A stretch of DNA of 64,000 nucleotides from Okamejei kenojei (lineage: Eukaryota): the NCBI GenBank assembly GCA_035221665.1, contig CM069144.1:52886001-52950000 (forward strand), written 5' to 3'. Below the pieces are notes generated by a model. That model saw only the letters and a list, made by a program, of their open reading frames with translations, was not told the origin of the DNA and searched no databases. Positions 36,678-49,295 of this stretch are shown here, in pieces. Position 1 is the first letter of the stretch. Each line of letters starts with the position of its first letter. A program made the position numbers and the translations under genes.

Positions 36678-38319
36678 TAAAGTGCAGTCGGTGGATGGAG
36701 CAGTAGCCTCTTTCCCTGTATCCTTGTAAATTCCTGGATCTATGCAGATCTCATTTGAAAGCCATAATTTGATGTTTGAAGCTGATACCTGGACCCCTTG
36801 GGAACTGAGGAAAATCTTTTTTTTAATGCAGAAAGTGATAATGATTTGTGATCTTGTTGTTTCTACCACTTGTCTGCCTATTCTGCCAGTCCATTTCATT
36901 TCACAGGTTTATGCTATTGTCCAAACTGTCTATCACATCTTTGAACTTGATGTATACAGACAGACTTTAATCTCGCATATCCAAATTATTAAATATCAGG
37001 AAAACACAGTGGTCCCAGCACCGCCCGATCGCATATGCTACTGTCCATCATCATCTAGGCTGGTAAAATTACCATTCACCAGTTTCTTTGCAATTTGTTT
37101 TCTAAGGGTACATTTATTGTCTAATATTTGTCATGGTCAGTTTGGAAAAATGTTTAATATTTTGAGATATTCAAGAAGTGACGTCAAACTATCACACTAG
37201 AGATGTAAATAAATAAGTCTTTGATAACAAAATAGTTTCAGAATGTAGTTAATTTTGTTTTTTGCTTTTGTTTTCTTGAAGCCTAGGATACAAAAGAAGA
37301 TAGGAGGAAGGATATACAAAATTGCAGGCAGGTAGGTGACAGTATGTAGGAGTTGCGTATACATTTTGGGAGATGCCATTCAGAATATAAATTGGCATGA
37401 AGGGTGGGGTCATGAATCTAGTATAGAAGTATCATGAAATGCCTGATTACCAATACAGAGTTTGTGGGATGTCAGAGCATTTAGAAGGATGGTCTTGGAG
37501 CAGAGTTGCAGAAAACTACTCTTGAGATGTTGGATCTGGAGGATGGAATGATAGTCAACAGTCTTTTGGTATAGATATACAAAGTTTACCGAATATGGCA
37601 ACAATGGGAAGATTAGATGTTTTCGATCTTGCTGACAGTGGTGTAAGATAAATGTTTTCCAAGTGATTGATGTGCAATGGCTCCAAAAGCATGGAATACA
37701 ACGTGTGGTGTGAAATCAGACTAGGACTAACCTGACGAGGCAACAAGACAATAAGGCAATGGGTGTGTGCAATGAGAACCAATAGAGAGGGAGTAGATGC
37801 AGTGGCCTACAGTGTGAGTTAATGGGATGTGAGCTTTGATAAGACGATGGGGGGAGGAAATGAGGAAACCCTAGGATTTCAAGGGAACCTTGCTCTTTTC
37901 AGTGCTGGCAGTTTGAAAAATGTGAGGAGAGTAGATGCTTCGCCTGGATGGGTTGAACATGGCGAGAAAGCAATGAAGGAGGAGCACCATTCTCAATCCT
38001 TCATGAGGTTATAGAGGTTATACTTAAATAATTAACATTCCTTGTTTATCACAGGAAACCTTTAGTATTTGTTGATGAGACTTAATTTTGCTTAATCTTG
38101 AAGCACCTTTGGGCATTTCTTTTTTGCTACTGACCCATTGATTATTACTCTAGTTTTCAGCAGCTCCCATTCCTATTTTCCCAGAAAACATTATGCCATT
38201 TACCATCCTCCAGTCAAACATGTCCCAAGATCCTACAATCATTGTTGCCTGCATCCTCAGACATTCCATTTTGAATTTAATTAAGTAGTTCCAGTGTAAT
38301 AAATAATGAATGCCCGTTC

Positions 38320-38775
38320 ATAAGTTATAGGAGCAGTATTTGGCCATTCAGCCCACTGAGTCTACTCTGCCATTCAATCATGACTGATCTATCTTTCCCT
38401 CTCAACCACATTTTCCCTGACATCCTTCCTGTTCTAGAATCTGCTCATCTGCACCATAAAAATACCCAATGACTTGGCCTCCACAACTGTCTGGCAATAC
38501 ATTCTACAGATTCACACCCTCTGACTAAAGAAATTAATCCTCATCTCTTTTCTAAAGGTACATCCTCTTATTCTGAAGCTATGACTTCTGGTCCAGGACT
38601 CTCCCACTAGTGGAAACATCCACTCTATCCAGGTCTTTCAATGTTTGGTAAGTTTCATTGAGGTCCCCACTCATCCTTCTAAACTCCAGTGCATACATGC
38701 CCAGTGCCATCCAATGCTTATCATATGTTAACTCAATCATTCCTGGTATCTTTCTTGTAAACCTCCTTTGGAGTA
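38320..38775 (-). mobile_element. CR1 LINE 3' fragment
   Basis: Reverse of CR1 tail (ATAGGAGCAG..GGCCATTCAGCCC); similar pieces at ~42140-42560 and ~53105-53390. Confidence 0.8.
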
Positions 38776-40064
38776 GCCATACATTGTCTGATTTAAACCA
38801 ATGTTTTAGTTGGTATCTACATGTACAGAAACACTTTCCTGCCGAAACTTATATTTTATTCCAAACTTATGGTTCATTTATGCCTGAACTCTCTTGGTAT
38901 CCAATAATAGGATATTAATGTAAGCTTCTAGACATTTTTATAGGTGAATGGTTGCAAGGTGGTTTGATTCCAGATACAGATGGTCATTGCACAGCACATG
39001 TGATTCATATGTTATGCCAATTAACAGCCATGTCTGAATGCAGTCCAAGCTTTCTTGCAAGCAGTCAAGTGTTGATTTATTTTTTTGGAAAACTGTGGAT
39101 AGAATTTATCATTGCACACTGACCATCAACGACTGTTCCCACTTTGAACTGGTAATGGAAGGAAGATATTTGATGAAGTAGCTGAAGCTAATTAGGTCAA
39201 AGACACCTGCAGAATAAATTCTTTCCGCAGTCTAAGGTGATTTATCTCCAACAACTGCAAATATTTTCCGTTGTGTTTAGTTTGACTCTTGGCAGCAGAT
39301 AATTTTCTCCTTTGTCCCATTAAAGCCAATGGGAATCAAAGGTTAATGCTGCTTTGATGTTAAAACAGTAGATTTTTCCGCCAGGATTTTGGCTATTTTG
39401 TTCTTGCTTGGTCCATGAGGCTAACAATCAAGGTTAGATATTTCATGTTGTTGGCTATATACCAGTGTTACAGCTCTATTGGAACAGTTGGGCTCAATCT
39501 GCAGCTCAACTTGTGTATAGTATGACAAGGTCATAACCTTTGTACTGTGTGGATCTCCCTGTTTAATTTTACATCTCGTGAAGTAAATCAAATTTTCAAA
39601 AGACTGACTTCTATGGTAGTTCTCGGGCGAGAGTATGAGGTATTTCAGCCAAAGATAATTGCCAATGCTTCAGATTGGTGATCCTATCATCATTGAAAAT
39701 GGAATGATACTGAATCCGTTTTCTCCAATTAGAAGAAGTCGATAACCGTAAATGTTGAAAATCTGATACAAAAACAGAAAATGTTGGACACGTTCACCGG
39801 TTCAGGAAGCATCTGTGGAAAGAAAAACGTGGATTTAGTTAAAGTCAATGACCTTCATCTGTTCTCAAACCTTTTTTTATTTTCCCCCTTCTCCAAAGAT
39901 ACTGCCTAACTTGATGTGTACTTCAAGTTAAACAGAAGTTCCAACATTATTCCCTGCTGAAAGTGGCAGGACCACAGATCTAACGATCAGAGCTGCTGGT
40001 TGTGAGATCACATCATACTACTGCTAATTAGCATCCCAGTGCTCCAATGTTGTGGATAGACCAC

Positions 40065-40840
40065 TCAAGGATAAAGGCGGGAATCAATGCTTGGATTCAG
40101 AGAATGTAGCTGAAGTGCTAAACAAGCAACTTGCACCTGTATTCACCAAGGAGAAGGACTTGGAGAATATGCTACAAATATGCTATGGCAGTTTGAGATC
40201 ATAAAGGAGGTGGTGCTGAGACTTTTGAAGGGCATTAATATGGGTACGTTCCCAGTACCGTATGAGATCTACCCCAGATTATTGAGGGAGGCAAGAGAGG
40301 AGATTGCAGGAGCTTTGACAAGGATCTTTGTTTCTTCTCTCGCTGCAGGTGAGGTCCCAGAAGACTGGAGATTGTCTAATGTTGTTCCTTTACGAAGGGT
40401 AGTTGAGAGAATCCAGGTAACTATAGGTCAGTAAACCTCATGTCAGGGGTAGAGAAAGTATTGAAGAGAATTCTTACAGGTAGAATTTGCGCCCATTTGG
40501 GATGGGCTAATTAGGGATAGTCAGCACAGCTTTGTACATGGCAGAGTGTATCATACTAACTTGATTGAGTTTTTTGAGGCGGCGACAAAGGAGATTGATG
40601 AGGGTAGGGCAGTGGTTATTTCTATGGATTGTAGTAAGGCTTTTGATAAGATCCCACATGGTAGACTGATCCAGAAGATTAAGTTGTATGAGATGCATAA
40701 TGACTTGGTCGTTTGGATTCGGAACTGGCTTGTTTGTAGAAGACTGTAGATTGTGGTAGAAAGACGATATTCTGGCTGAAGGTCTGACCAGTAGAGTTCC
40801 ACATGGATCTATCTGTGCTGGAGCCTCTGCTGTTTGTTTT
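40065..40840 (+). mobile_element. CR1 LINE RT fragment
   Basis: YPRLLREAREEIAGAL, GEVPEDWR, TNLIEFFE, MDCSKAFDKIPHGRL. Confidence 0.88.
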
Positions 40841-40859
40841 TTCTGTTATATATATATAT

Positions 40860-40940
40860 TGTTTTTAAAGTTTAAAATAAGGGAGGGTGAATAAGGGGAA
40901 ATGAGCTGCCCCTGCACAGTTGGGAGCTGTGGGTGAGTGG

Positions 40941-40990
<50 letters not shown>

Positions 40991-41815
40991 TAGACCAAGT
41001 GGGACCCGTTGGGGGCCCTGTCACACGAGAGGCCTGGTCCCCCAACGCAATCCGTTCCCCCAATGCAATATTCGCCCACTCACCCATAGCCCCCAACTGT
41101 GCAGGGACGGTTCATTTCCCATTATTCACCCTCCCTCATTTTAAAACTTTAAAAATAAATGCAATTGCACTTGCTCAGGCTGCCAGTGTACTGGGATTGC
41201 AACATTGTAGTTGTAAGAGCTACAATTCCATTGTGATGTCATAGCTGTAACTGCCAGTGCAGATGGAATAAATTTTTCTCAAAGTAGGATTTTGTAAAGT
41301 TAAAAATGTGAATAACTTGTAAAATCAATGTGAACAAAAGGATAAAAACACACCACAGACAATTGTGATTAAGGTGGTTCAAAAATTGTAGCGCTATCGT
41401 GTACCATTTTGGCATAATTCCGGGAGCACATGGGCTCGCACGCAGACAGACAAAAGACAGAATCACAAACAAGATGCGAGTTTTAGTAATATATAATGGA
41501 CTAAGTGGGACCTGTTGGGTCCCAGTCACCACAGGGGTGTGGGGTGGCAGAGGAAGTGTGTATGTGGGCTGGAGGGGTTTGCGAGGGGGGGGAGGAGGAG
41601 GGATGTGGGTGGGAGGGATGGGGTGTAGGGGGGAGGGAGGGAGTTGTTTGGGGAGGGGTGTGTGTGGGTGGGGTGTGTGGGAGGGGAGGGTGTTTGTGGG
41701 CAGGGGATATGTGTGGGTGGGGGTTGTGGGCATGGGTGTTGTGGAGGAGGGGTTTGTGGGTGGGGGAGGGGGGGTTGTGTGGGGGGAGGGGGGAGTGGGG
41801 GTTGTGGGTTTATAA
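40860..41815 (-). mobile_element. Helitron pair (40990-~41490, ~41500-41815) with (TA)n and an inverted partial copy
   Basis: CTAG plus hairpin at 40990; 5' end AAGATGCGAGTTTTAGTAATATA at ~41470-41493 abutting a second hairpin; (TA)n 40945-40989; 40860-40945 is inverted relative to ~41068-41156. Confidence 0.8.
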
Positions 41816-43013
41816 TCGTTCAAGAGATTACTCCCTTGAGCTGCTAAGTGGACTACATGGTTAAGGGGAATGTCGTTATACGCATGCGAGCTCTACATCG
41901 GGAACCTTCAGAGCTTCTTCACAGATAAATCTTCATAACAGTCTTTTGATTAATAAATTCTTTATTGTTGATGAAAAACAATAAGATACATCCAAACTTC
42001 TTCCAACTCGTACATTATAATCTTCATCGAACTCCAGCATATCGCTTTAAAGGTTAGAAAACTCCTCGTGTCTCCGTTACATTCCGCATGGTCAAAGGAT
42101 ATGCCTTCCCCATGCTGTTCCCAAACTACACTACAAGAATCTGTAAATCTCCGCCTTAAAAATATCAATTGACGGCTTCTACACCTGTTTATGGCAATGA
42201 ATTCTACAGATTTCTCTGACTAAATAAATTCCTTCTCATCTCCTTTCTAAAGGTATGTCCTTTTATTCTGAGGCTATGGCCTCTGGTCCTTGACTCCAGC
42301 GAGAACAGGCCTAGTGCCTTCAAACACTCATCATATGTAAATCAAAACATTCCTGGGATCATTCTGGTAAACCTCCTCTGGACCCTCTCCAATGCCAGGG
42401 CATCCTTCCTCAGATATAAGGCCCGAAACTGCTCACAATACTCCAAATACGGTCTGACCAGTGTCTTATAAAACCTCAGCATTACATCCCTGTTTTTGTA
42501 TTGTAGCCCTCTCGAAATAAATGCATTTGCCTTCCTTACTCGATTCAACTTGGAAATCCAAGACCTTTTGTTCCTCCAATTTGTGATTTATCTTCCCATA
42601 TAGGGGGGATAAAATATGTTTTAGAAACGGATGGGGCTTGGAGATGAGGAGGGGCAAGGTGCAAGAAAACGAGGACAGAATATTTGTTAGGAATTAGTCA
42701 TCACTCATGATGTTGACGCCTGTAACTGATGACCTGAGCTCGGTTGAATTTCAGGAGTGGCCTTGACCTGGCAAATGTGTTTTTCATTTTTCAGATAGAT
42801 CGCTCTAAAAATATCAGCAGGTTGATTTCTATTAATTTACCAAAGTATCTTTCATTATACATTTATCATGGTTAAGATTAGATTATCAGATTTTTCAATG
42901 TAAACCTCATCACAACTGTTAAACTTCCCCATTTTAACATTCTAGATCTACATGTAAATGATTTTTGTTGTGCAGATTATGTTGTGACAGCCTGTAATTC
43001 CACATGAACACAG

Positions 43014-43122
43014 GTAATCTGGAGGTGCTGGAGAATTTCGCTTCGAAGTGAATCTCGAAATGCGCATCCTAGTGAACAAAAGAATACTCACCAAGACTTC
43101 TTGGATGATGTTAATCTTCAAG
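43014..43122 (+). CDS. FBXO36: FBXO36 coding exon 2 (VIWRCWRISLRSESRNAHPSEQKNTHQDFLDDVNLQ)
   Basis: CACAG| acceptor, 109 nt, donor AAG|GTAAGA; resembles human VIFRWWKISLRSEYRSTKPGEAKETHEDFLENSHLQ; phase 0 to 1. Confidence 0.94.
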
Positions 43123-44673
43123 GTAAGACAACTTTTAAAATTGTGGTAGATTTCATTTGTTGAATACTTTGAAATGATATGTGATCAATTTTCCTCCTGG
43201 GATAAATAAAGTTGTATCGTATGAGTATATTATTAAAGACAAAGTGTACAGACTAAATGCAACCTCTTATTTTCCCAGTTATAGCCTCTCCTAGCATTTA
43301 CTTAACAATTAAGTGATTAATCTACAATCAATTAGTATTATTCATAGCTTAATTCAACTGATTAAAAAAGGTGATTTCTTTTTCTGTTTGGGAAGTTTTT
43401 GAAAAGGTACAGTTGAGTAGAAAACCAGTTTCCCATCATCCTGTTTAAAAATGACGCCTTGGACACAGATGCCGAGGTGGTGGTAATTGGGCAAGGAGTA
43501 CACAGATGGAGATTGGCAGATGGACGGAGTGAGTAACAGATTTAAGGTGAAAAGGAGACCAAAGGGTGTCAGACCAGGAATAGAAAAGGAAGTGGGAAAT
43601 GTAAAGCCGGAGGAAGGGATAAGACTGGAATGGGAGGGCGTTGTGGAAAGAGGGGAGATAAAATAGAAAAAGGGGATGGGGCTAGGTGATCCCCATATGG
43701 TGGAGGGGAAAGGAGAATGGTGATCAGGGAGTAGGGGTGGGAGATGGTGAGACAAATGTGTGCAGTAGAGACAGAGGAAAGATAGGGCATGGTGGTGGGG
43801 GGGGGGGGGGGGTGGGGGAGTGTATTACTTGAAAGTGTTATAAGGAATATGGAATGGCACGGTTTTTGTGTGGCCTCACTCCAATGGAGAAGGCCTAAGC
43901 AGCAAGGTCGGGATCAGGAAGGGAGTTAAAGTGATGGGAAACTGGCAGCTCCAGTAGGCCTTGGGTGGACAGAGCACTCTTTTGCTTTATGTGCTAAATA
44001 TTTTGTGTAGCCACAAAGGAGTTGAAATCTTCTGACTCCCTTATTGCTGCAGCACATAGATTTATATTTGTGAATTTTGAAGTCTAAGTGATGATAGATA
44101 AACTCTGAAAATTTTGTTTTTGTGACATATATTATCAAATTGGGACCACCAGTTTAGCTTGATGAGCCATTCCACTTGAGTTGTTGATGCTTTGTTCTTC
44201 AGGCAATGGTAACTAGATCTTGGCTGTTAACCTTTGATACTATTCTATTTCTTCTATGGTGTTTGTATATTTTCACATGAACTTTGGGCACTCTTAGATT
44301 ACATGTACAATGATAGAATTTAAACAAGATTTCAACATGGTTTAATCAAACCACAAAACAATTTAATCTTTCAATCCATTGTTAGATATTTAGTCCTTAG
44401 CAATGTCTTTGAGATTTTTATATTTTTTAATCCTATTATTCCCAGTGTTTGCAGACANNNNNNNNNNNNNNNNNNNNNNNNNNNNNNNNNNNNNNNNNNN
44501 NNNNNNNNNNNNNNNNNNNNNNNNNNNNNNNNNNNNNNNNNNNNNNNNNNNNNNNNNNNNNNNNNNNNNNNNNNNNNNNNNNNNNNNNNNNNNNNNNNNN
44601 NNNNNNNNNNNNNNNNNNNNNNNNNNNNNNNNNNNNNNNNNNNNNNNNNNNNNNNNNNNNNNNNNNNNNNNNN

Positions 44674-47248
44674 AAAACAAAACTTTTATTGGCATGATAA
44701 AATACATTGTTATATTGCCAAAGTATAAAACATGACATACATATTTACAATGCATAAATATAAATACAAGTATACAGTGCACAGATAGCTATGTCCCTGT
44801 ACATAAACTCGCAATAGACCTATAGCCCTTTTTTGATTGTCACACGTTCTTGCAGCTGTAAGCAGTACAACAGAATAGCAAGTTTAGCAATTCAATATTA
44901 ATTTCTTAGTGTCAGTTAATGTCAATTAGTGTGTGCGTGCATATGTGCATTTTGGTCATTCACGTCTCTCAGGTTATGGCATGCTGCTACGTATTGTGCA
45001 CCAAGATGTGCCATATTTCCTTCACCAAGGATTATTCTTAGTTTTGATGTATCATCTAGTTCTTTAAAATCAGGAGTTGGCAGACTGAGTTTGTCAAAGT
45101 ATGTTTTCCTTGTTTTGTCAAATTGTTTGCATTTTAGGAGTAAGTGCACCTCTGTTTCAACCTCATCTATCAAACAGTGGCCGCATATTCTATTTTCTCT
45201 TGGTTGCCAAAATCTCTTCTGTCTTCCTTTTTCAACTGCCAAATTGTGGTCACTTAACCTGTATTTGGTGAGGGTCTGTCTCTGCTTTATGTCTCTAACA
45301 GTTGAGAGATTGTCTGCCAATTTATAATTTATTTTTAGGGCACGGTAACATTCTAACCTGCTTTGGCTTTTGGTTTCTTTATCCCAATGTTCCAACAAAG
45401 TTTCTTTACATTGTTTGATAATTTGGTTCACTCTAACTGGTAATTGTGGATTATCGTGGATTAGTATTGATCTGAGGCTGGTCGGGGTTTAACTGGATAG
45501 GGCTTAACTGAATAGGGATAGTTAGTCTCAGTACCAACTGACACAGGGAACTCTTTTCTGGGCTCCCCTCTTGTGTTTTAAGGGCTTTAAACTGGAGGGT
45601 ATCTGGGAAGCTAGATTTAAGGTGATTCCAAAAATGTAGTGCTCTTTTCTGGATATTATCAGTGGGTATCTGCCTAATTCCGCCCTACATGCATTTGTTG
45701 GTGTTTTCCTTTGGGTACTGAGGATGTTCCGACAAAATTCCGCATGCAGGGCCTCCGTTGTATGTTTTTCCCATTTACTATAACTATGGTGACTGAGCGG
45801 ACCCCATACTTCACTACCATAAAGCGCAATAGGCTGAATTACACTGACAAATATTTTAAGCCAGAATTTAATTGGAATTTGGGTGTTGTAGAATCTTCCT
45901 TTTATTGCATACAGAGCTCTTCGAGCTTTCTCTTTTAGTGCATTCACTGCCATATTGAAGCTCCCTGATACTGAATCAGTTAGACCAAGGTAAGTATAGC
46001 TCATAGTGTGTTTGATAATGATACTATTGAGAGTAAACTTGTATTTATCTTCCTGACATCTGGGTCTTTTCTGAAAAATCATGATGTTGGTTTTCTTTAG
46101 ATTTTCTGCCAGGGCCCAATTTTGGCCGTACTCATCAAGTAGGTCCAGCTGTTGCTGCAGTCCCTGTTCTGTGGGGGACAGCAGAACCAAATCATCGGCA
46201 TAAAACAGGGATTTTACCTCTCTGTCCAGAAGACAGAGGTCTGGCGCTGTACTCTGGACCAACTTTACTGCCAAATCGTTTATATATACATTAACAGTGC
46301 TCAGATTGCAGCCTTGCCGGACGCCTCTTCTCTGCACGAAGAGATCAGTGCATTTGTCCCCAATTTTAATGCCACATTTATTATTCGGATACATGGATTT
46401 GATAAGGTCATATACCTTTCCTCCTATACCACAACAGAGGAGTTTATAATAGAGCCCTTTGTGCCAAATAGAGTCAAATGCTTTCTCAAAGTCAATAAAA
46501 CAGGCAAATATTTTTCCATTTTTTGCTTGGTGTATATGTTTTTCAATGAGAGTGTGGAGGGTATAAATGTGGTCAGTGGTACGGTGTTTTGGGAGGAAGC
46601 CAATTTGGTTTTTACTGAGAATGTTGTATTTGTTAAGGAAATCCTGTATTCTGTTATTTATGATACTGCAGAATAACTTCCCTAGGCAGCTACTGGCACA
46701 GATGTCACGATAATTATTTGGGTCTAATTTGTTTCCACTCTTATAAATGGGTGAAATAAGCCCTTGCACCAAATATCAGGGAAATAACCTGAACGTAGTG
46801 TGATGTCGAACAGCCTAAGCACTCTGTCCTGCATCTCCGGAGTGCTGTACTTGAGCATTTCATTTTAATGCTGTCTGGACCATAGGCTTTCATTGAGTGA
46901 AGAGATTTTATTTTTATGGTCAATTCTTCCAAAATAATTGGGAAATCAAGAGGGTTTTGATAATCTTTAATTATTGTTTCTAGCGTTTGGAGTTTTTCTT
47001 TGATATGAGAATAATTTAAGTTTATTTTATTTATTGGGATGTCTTTATATAGATTTTTGAAATGTGCTCTCCAGATATCACCGTCTTGAATTGGTAATGT
47101 TTGTAGTTTTGTTGTGCTCAGATTATTCCACATATCCCAAAATTGGTTTTGATTTATGGAATTTTCAATTTCTTCGTCTTTTATGTGTGTAATTTTGTGT
47201 TTTGTTCCTAATAGTGTATTTATACCTTTTAAGAGTTTCATTATATCT
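44674..47248 (-). mobile_element. RTE-X-like LINE ORF2 (RT plus C-terminal zinc knuckle), frameshifted
   Basis: PIYKSGNKLDPNNYR, FIDFEKAFD, GVRQGCNLS, FYADDLVL, RAELGRYP, RICGHC..VETEVHLLLKC; flanked by N gaps. Confidence 0.88.
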
Positions 47249-48127
47249 NNNNNNNNNNNNNNNNNNNNNNNNNNNNNNNNNNNNNNNNNNNNNNNNNNNN
47301 NNNNNNNNNNNNNNNNNNNNNNNNNNNNNNNNNNNNNNNNNNNNNNNNNNNNNNNNNNNNNNNNNNNNNNNNNNNNNNNNNNNNNNNNNNNNNNNNNNNN
47401 NNNNNNNNNNNNNNNNNNNNNNNNNNNNNNNTTGGATGAACCCAGTCTGGATGAACACAAGCAGCACACTTTTGATTCTAGAAATGTACAATGCCTGATC
47501 TATTGTGGCCAGTGACTGGATCATAGTTTCCAATGAACGTGTTTGCACTGGATGCAGCAATATTTCTAGACAAATCTCTTATGGATTACAATTAAGTTTT
47601 AGCTGACATTATGGAATGGAATGTGTTCTTTTTCTTTTTTCTTGATAAATAACTAATTTTGAAGTGTTGTTGTTTCTACCTCTCTCTGCCAAGACATTCC
47701 TGTGAAGTGCCTGAAAACACCGTGTTCTGAATCATATTGTGACAGTCTTCAATGTTTCTAACGGCAGATTTATTTTTAAAACCACTCCGTGCACCTGTTC
47801 CAGCTGTAATCCAGATTTTTTTTTAGAGGTCTGGGTTAATTTTCACCAGTGCAGGCAATCTAGCTTTAAATGGTTCCAGCTATTCGTGATATTAGCCTCT
47901 GAAATGTCCAACCTATCATCCATTTGGTTTGTTTGTAGAAAATGAAAACTGAAATCATTTCTAATGCAGGCAGCTTAATGTTGATGTTCTACCTATGGTA
48001 TGCACAACAGTCACAAATTAATTGTCTATTGTGATCCTCGCACTAGATTTCACAAACTATTACATTAAACTCTCTAATTATTAGGGTAAAACTTTCTAAA
48101 TACATTTCTTGTGTGTTTAAATTTTAG

Positions 48128-48300
48128 TTCATGTTTCTGTCATTTTTGGTAATGGCGTCCTCAAGTATGTCTGTGGCCTGTGTCAGCAGCAGTTTGATTA
48201 TCTCGAACGTCTTCCTAAAGACCTGCTTCTTAATGTCATTTTATGTTTGGAGCTTGAGGACATCGCTAGACTTTCCCAAACATCCAGAGCGTTTAAAAAG
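48128..48300 (+). CDS. FBXO36: FBXO36 coding exon 3, F-box motif (VHVSVIFGNGVLKYVCGLCQQQFDYLERLPKDLLLNVILCLELEDIARLSQTSRAFKK)
   Basis: TTTTAG| acceptor, 173 nt, donor AAG|GTGAGC; F-box signature LERLPKDLLLNVILCLELEDIARLSQTS; phases fit exons 2 and 4. Confidence 0.95.
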
Positions 48301-48374
48301 GTGAGCTGATTTTCATTATTTGATTGTTAATATTTGAAAAATTAGAACTATTTATATTTACCTCTTGTCATGTA

Positions 48375-49295
48375 AAGTAAAGTAAAGTATCCTTTATTGT
48401 CATTCAGACCTTTCGGTCTGAACGAAACTTCGTTACCTTGCAGTCACAACACACAACAAAAAACAAAACACACAATAAACACATATTTAACATCCACCAC
48501 AGTGAGTTCACCAGGCACCTCCTCACTGTGGTGGAAGGCAAAAGTCCCAAAGTCTTTGTCTTCTTCCCTCCTTGATCTCCCTCTGCGCTGAGGCGATCCA
48601 GGCCTCCGATGTTGTCGTCCACTAAGCCCGCGGCCGAGCCTCCGAAGCCGGGCTGCCGCCATCGCCGGAACACCGCCACAGCTCTGAAGCAGGGTCCGCC
48701 ACTGGAACGCTGGAGCCCCGCAGCTCTGAAGCCGGGTCGCCGCTGGAACGCCACCGCTGGAGCACCGCAGCTCTGAAGCCGGGTCGCCGCTGGAGCACCG
48801 CAGCTCTGAAGCCAGGCCGCTGCTGGAGCACCGCAGCTCTGAAGCTGGGTCGCCGCTGGAGCACCGCAGCTCTGAAGCCGGGCCGCTGCTGGAGCACTGC
48901 AGCTCTGGGTCGCCGCTGGAGCACCGCAGCTCTGAAGCCGGGCCGCTGCTGGAGCACCGCAGCTCTGAAGCTGGGTCGCCGCTGGAGCACCGCAGCTCTG
49001 AAGCCGGGCTGCCGCTGGAACGCCGCCATAGCTCCGAGGCCGCCAGCTCCGCCATTAGGCCTCAGCACAGACGGAGACGGTGACGGGGGACACGACAAGA
49101 TAAGTCGCATCCCCCCGAAGGGAGAGACCAAAACCCTGTTTCTACCGCCCCCCCTCCCCACCCACCCACACACACATACACAGCCCAATAAACCAAAATT
49201 CCAACCAAAACAAACACAAGAAGACAAAAAGAAAAGAGAAAAACAGACGGACTGCAGGTGAGCCGCAGCTGCCAGGCAGCACCGCCACTTCCGGA
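48375..49295 (-). mobile_element. Non-autonomous retroposon with internal 33-bp minisatellite
   Basis: Minus 3' tail TTTCGTTCAGACCGAAAGGTCTGAATGACAATAAAG plus (TACTT)n; 5' CCGGAAGTGGCGG. Confidence 0.7.
48675..49020. repeat. 33-bp minisatellite CTGGAGCACCGCAGCTCTGAAGCCGGGTCGCCG, about 10 units
   Basis: Seen directly; produces the repeated SELRCSSGDPA pseudo-ORF. Confidence 0.92.
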
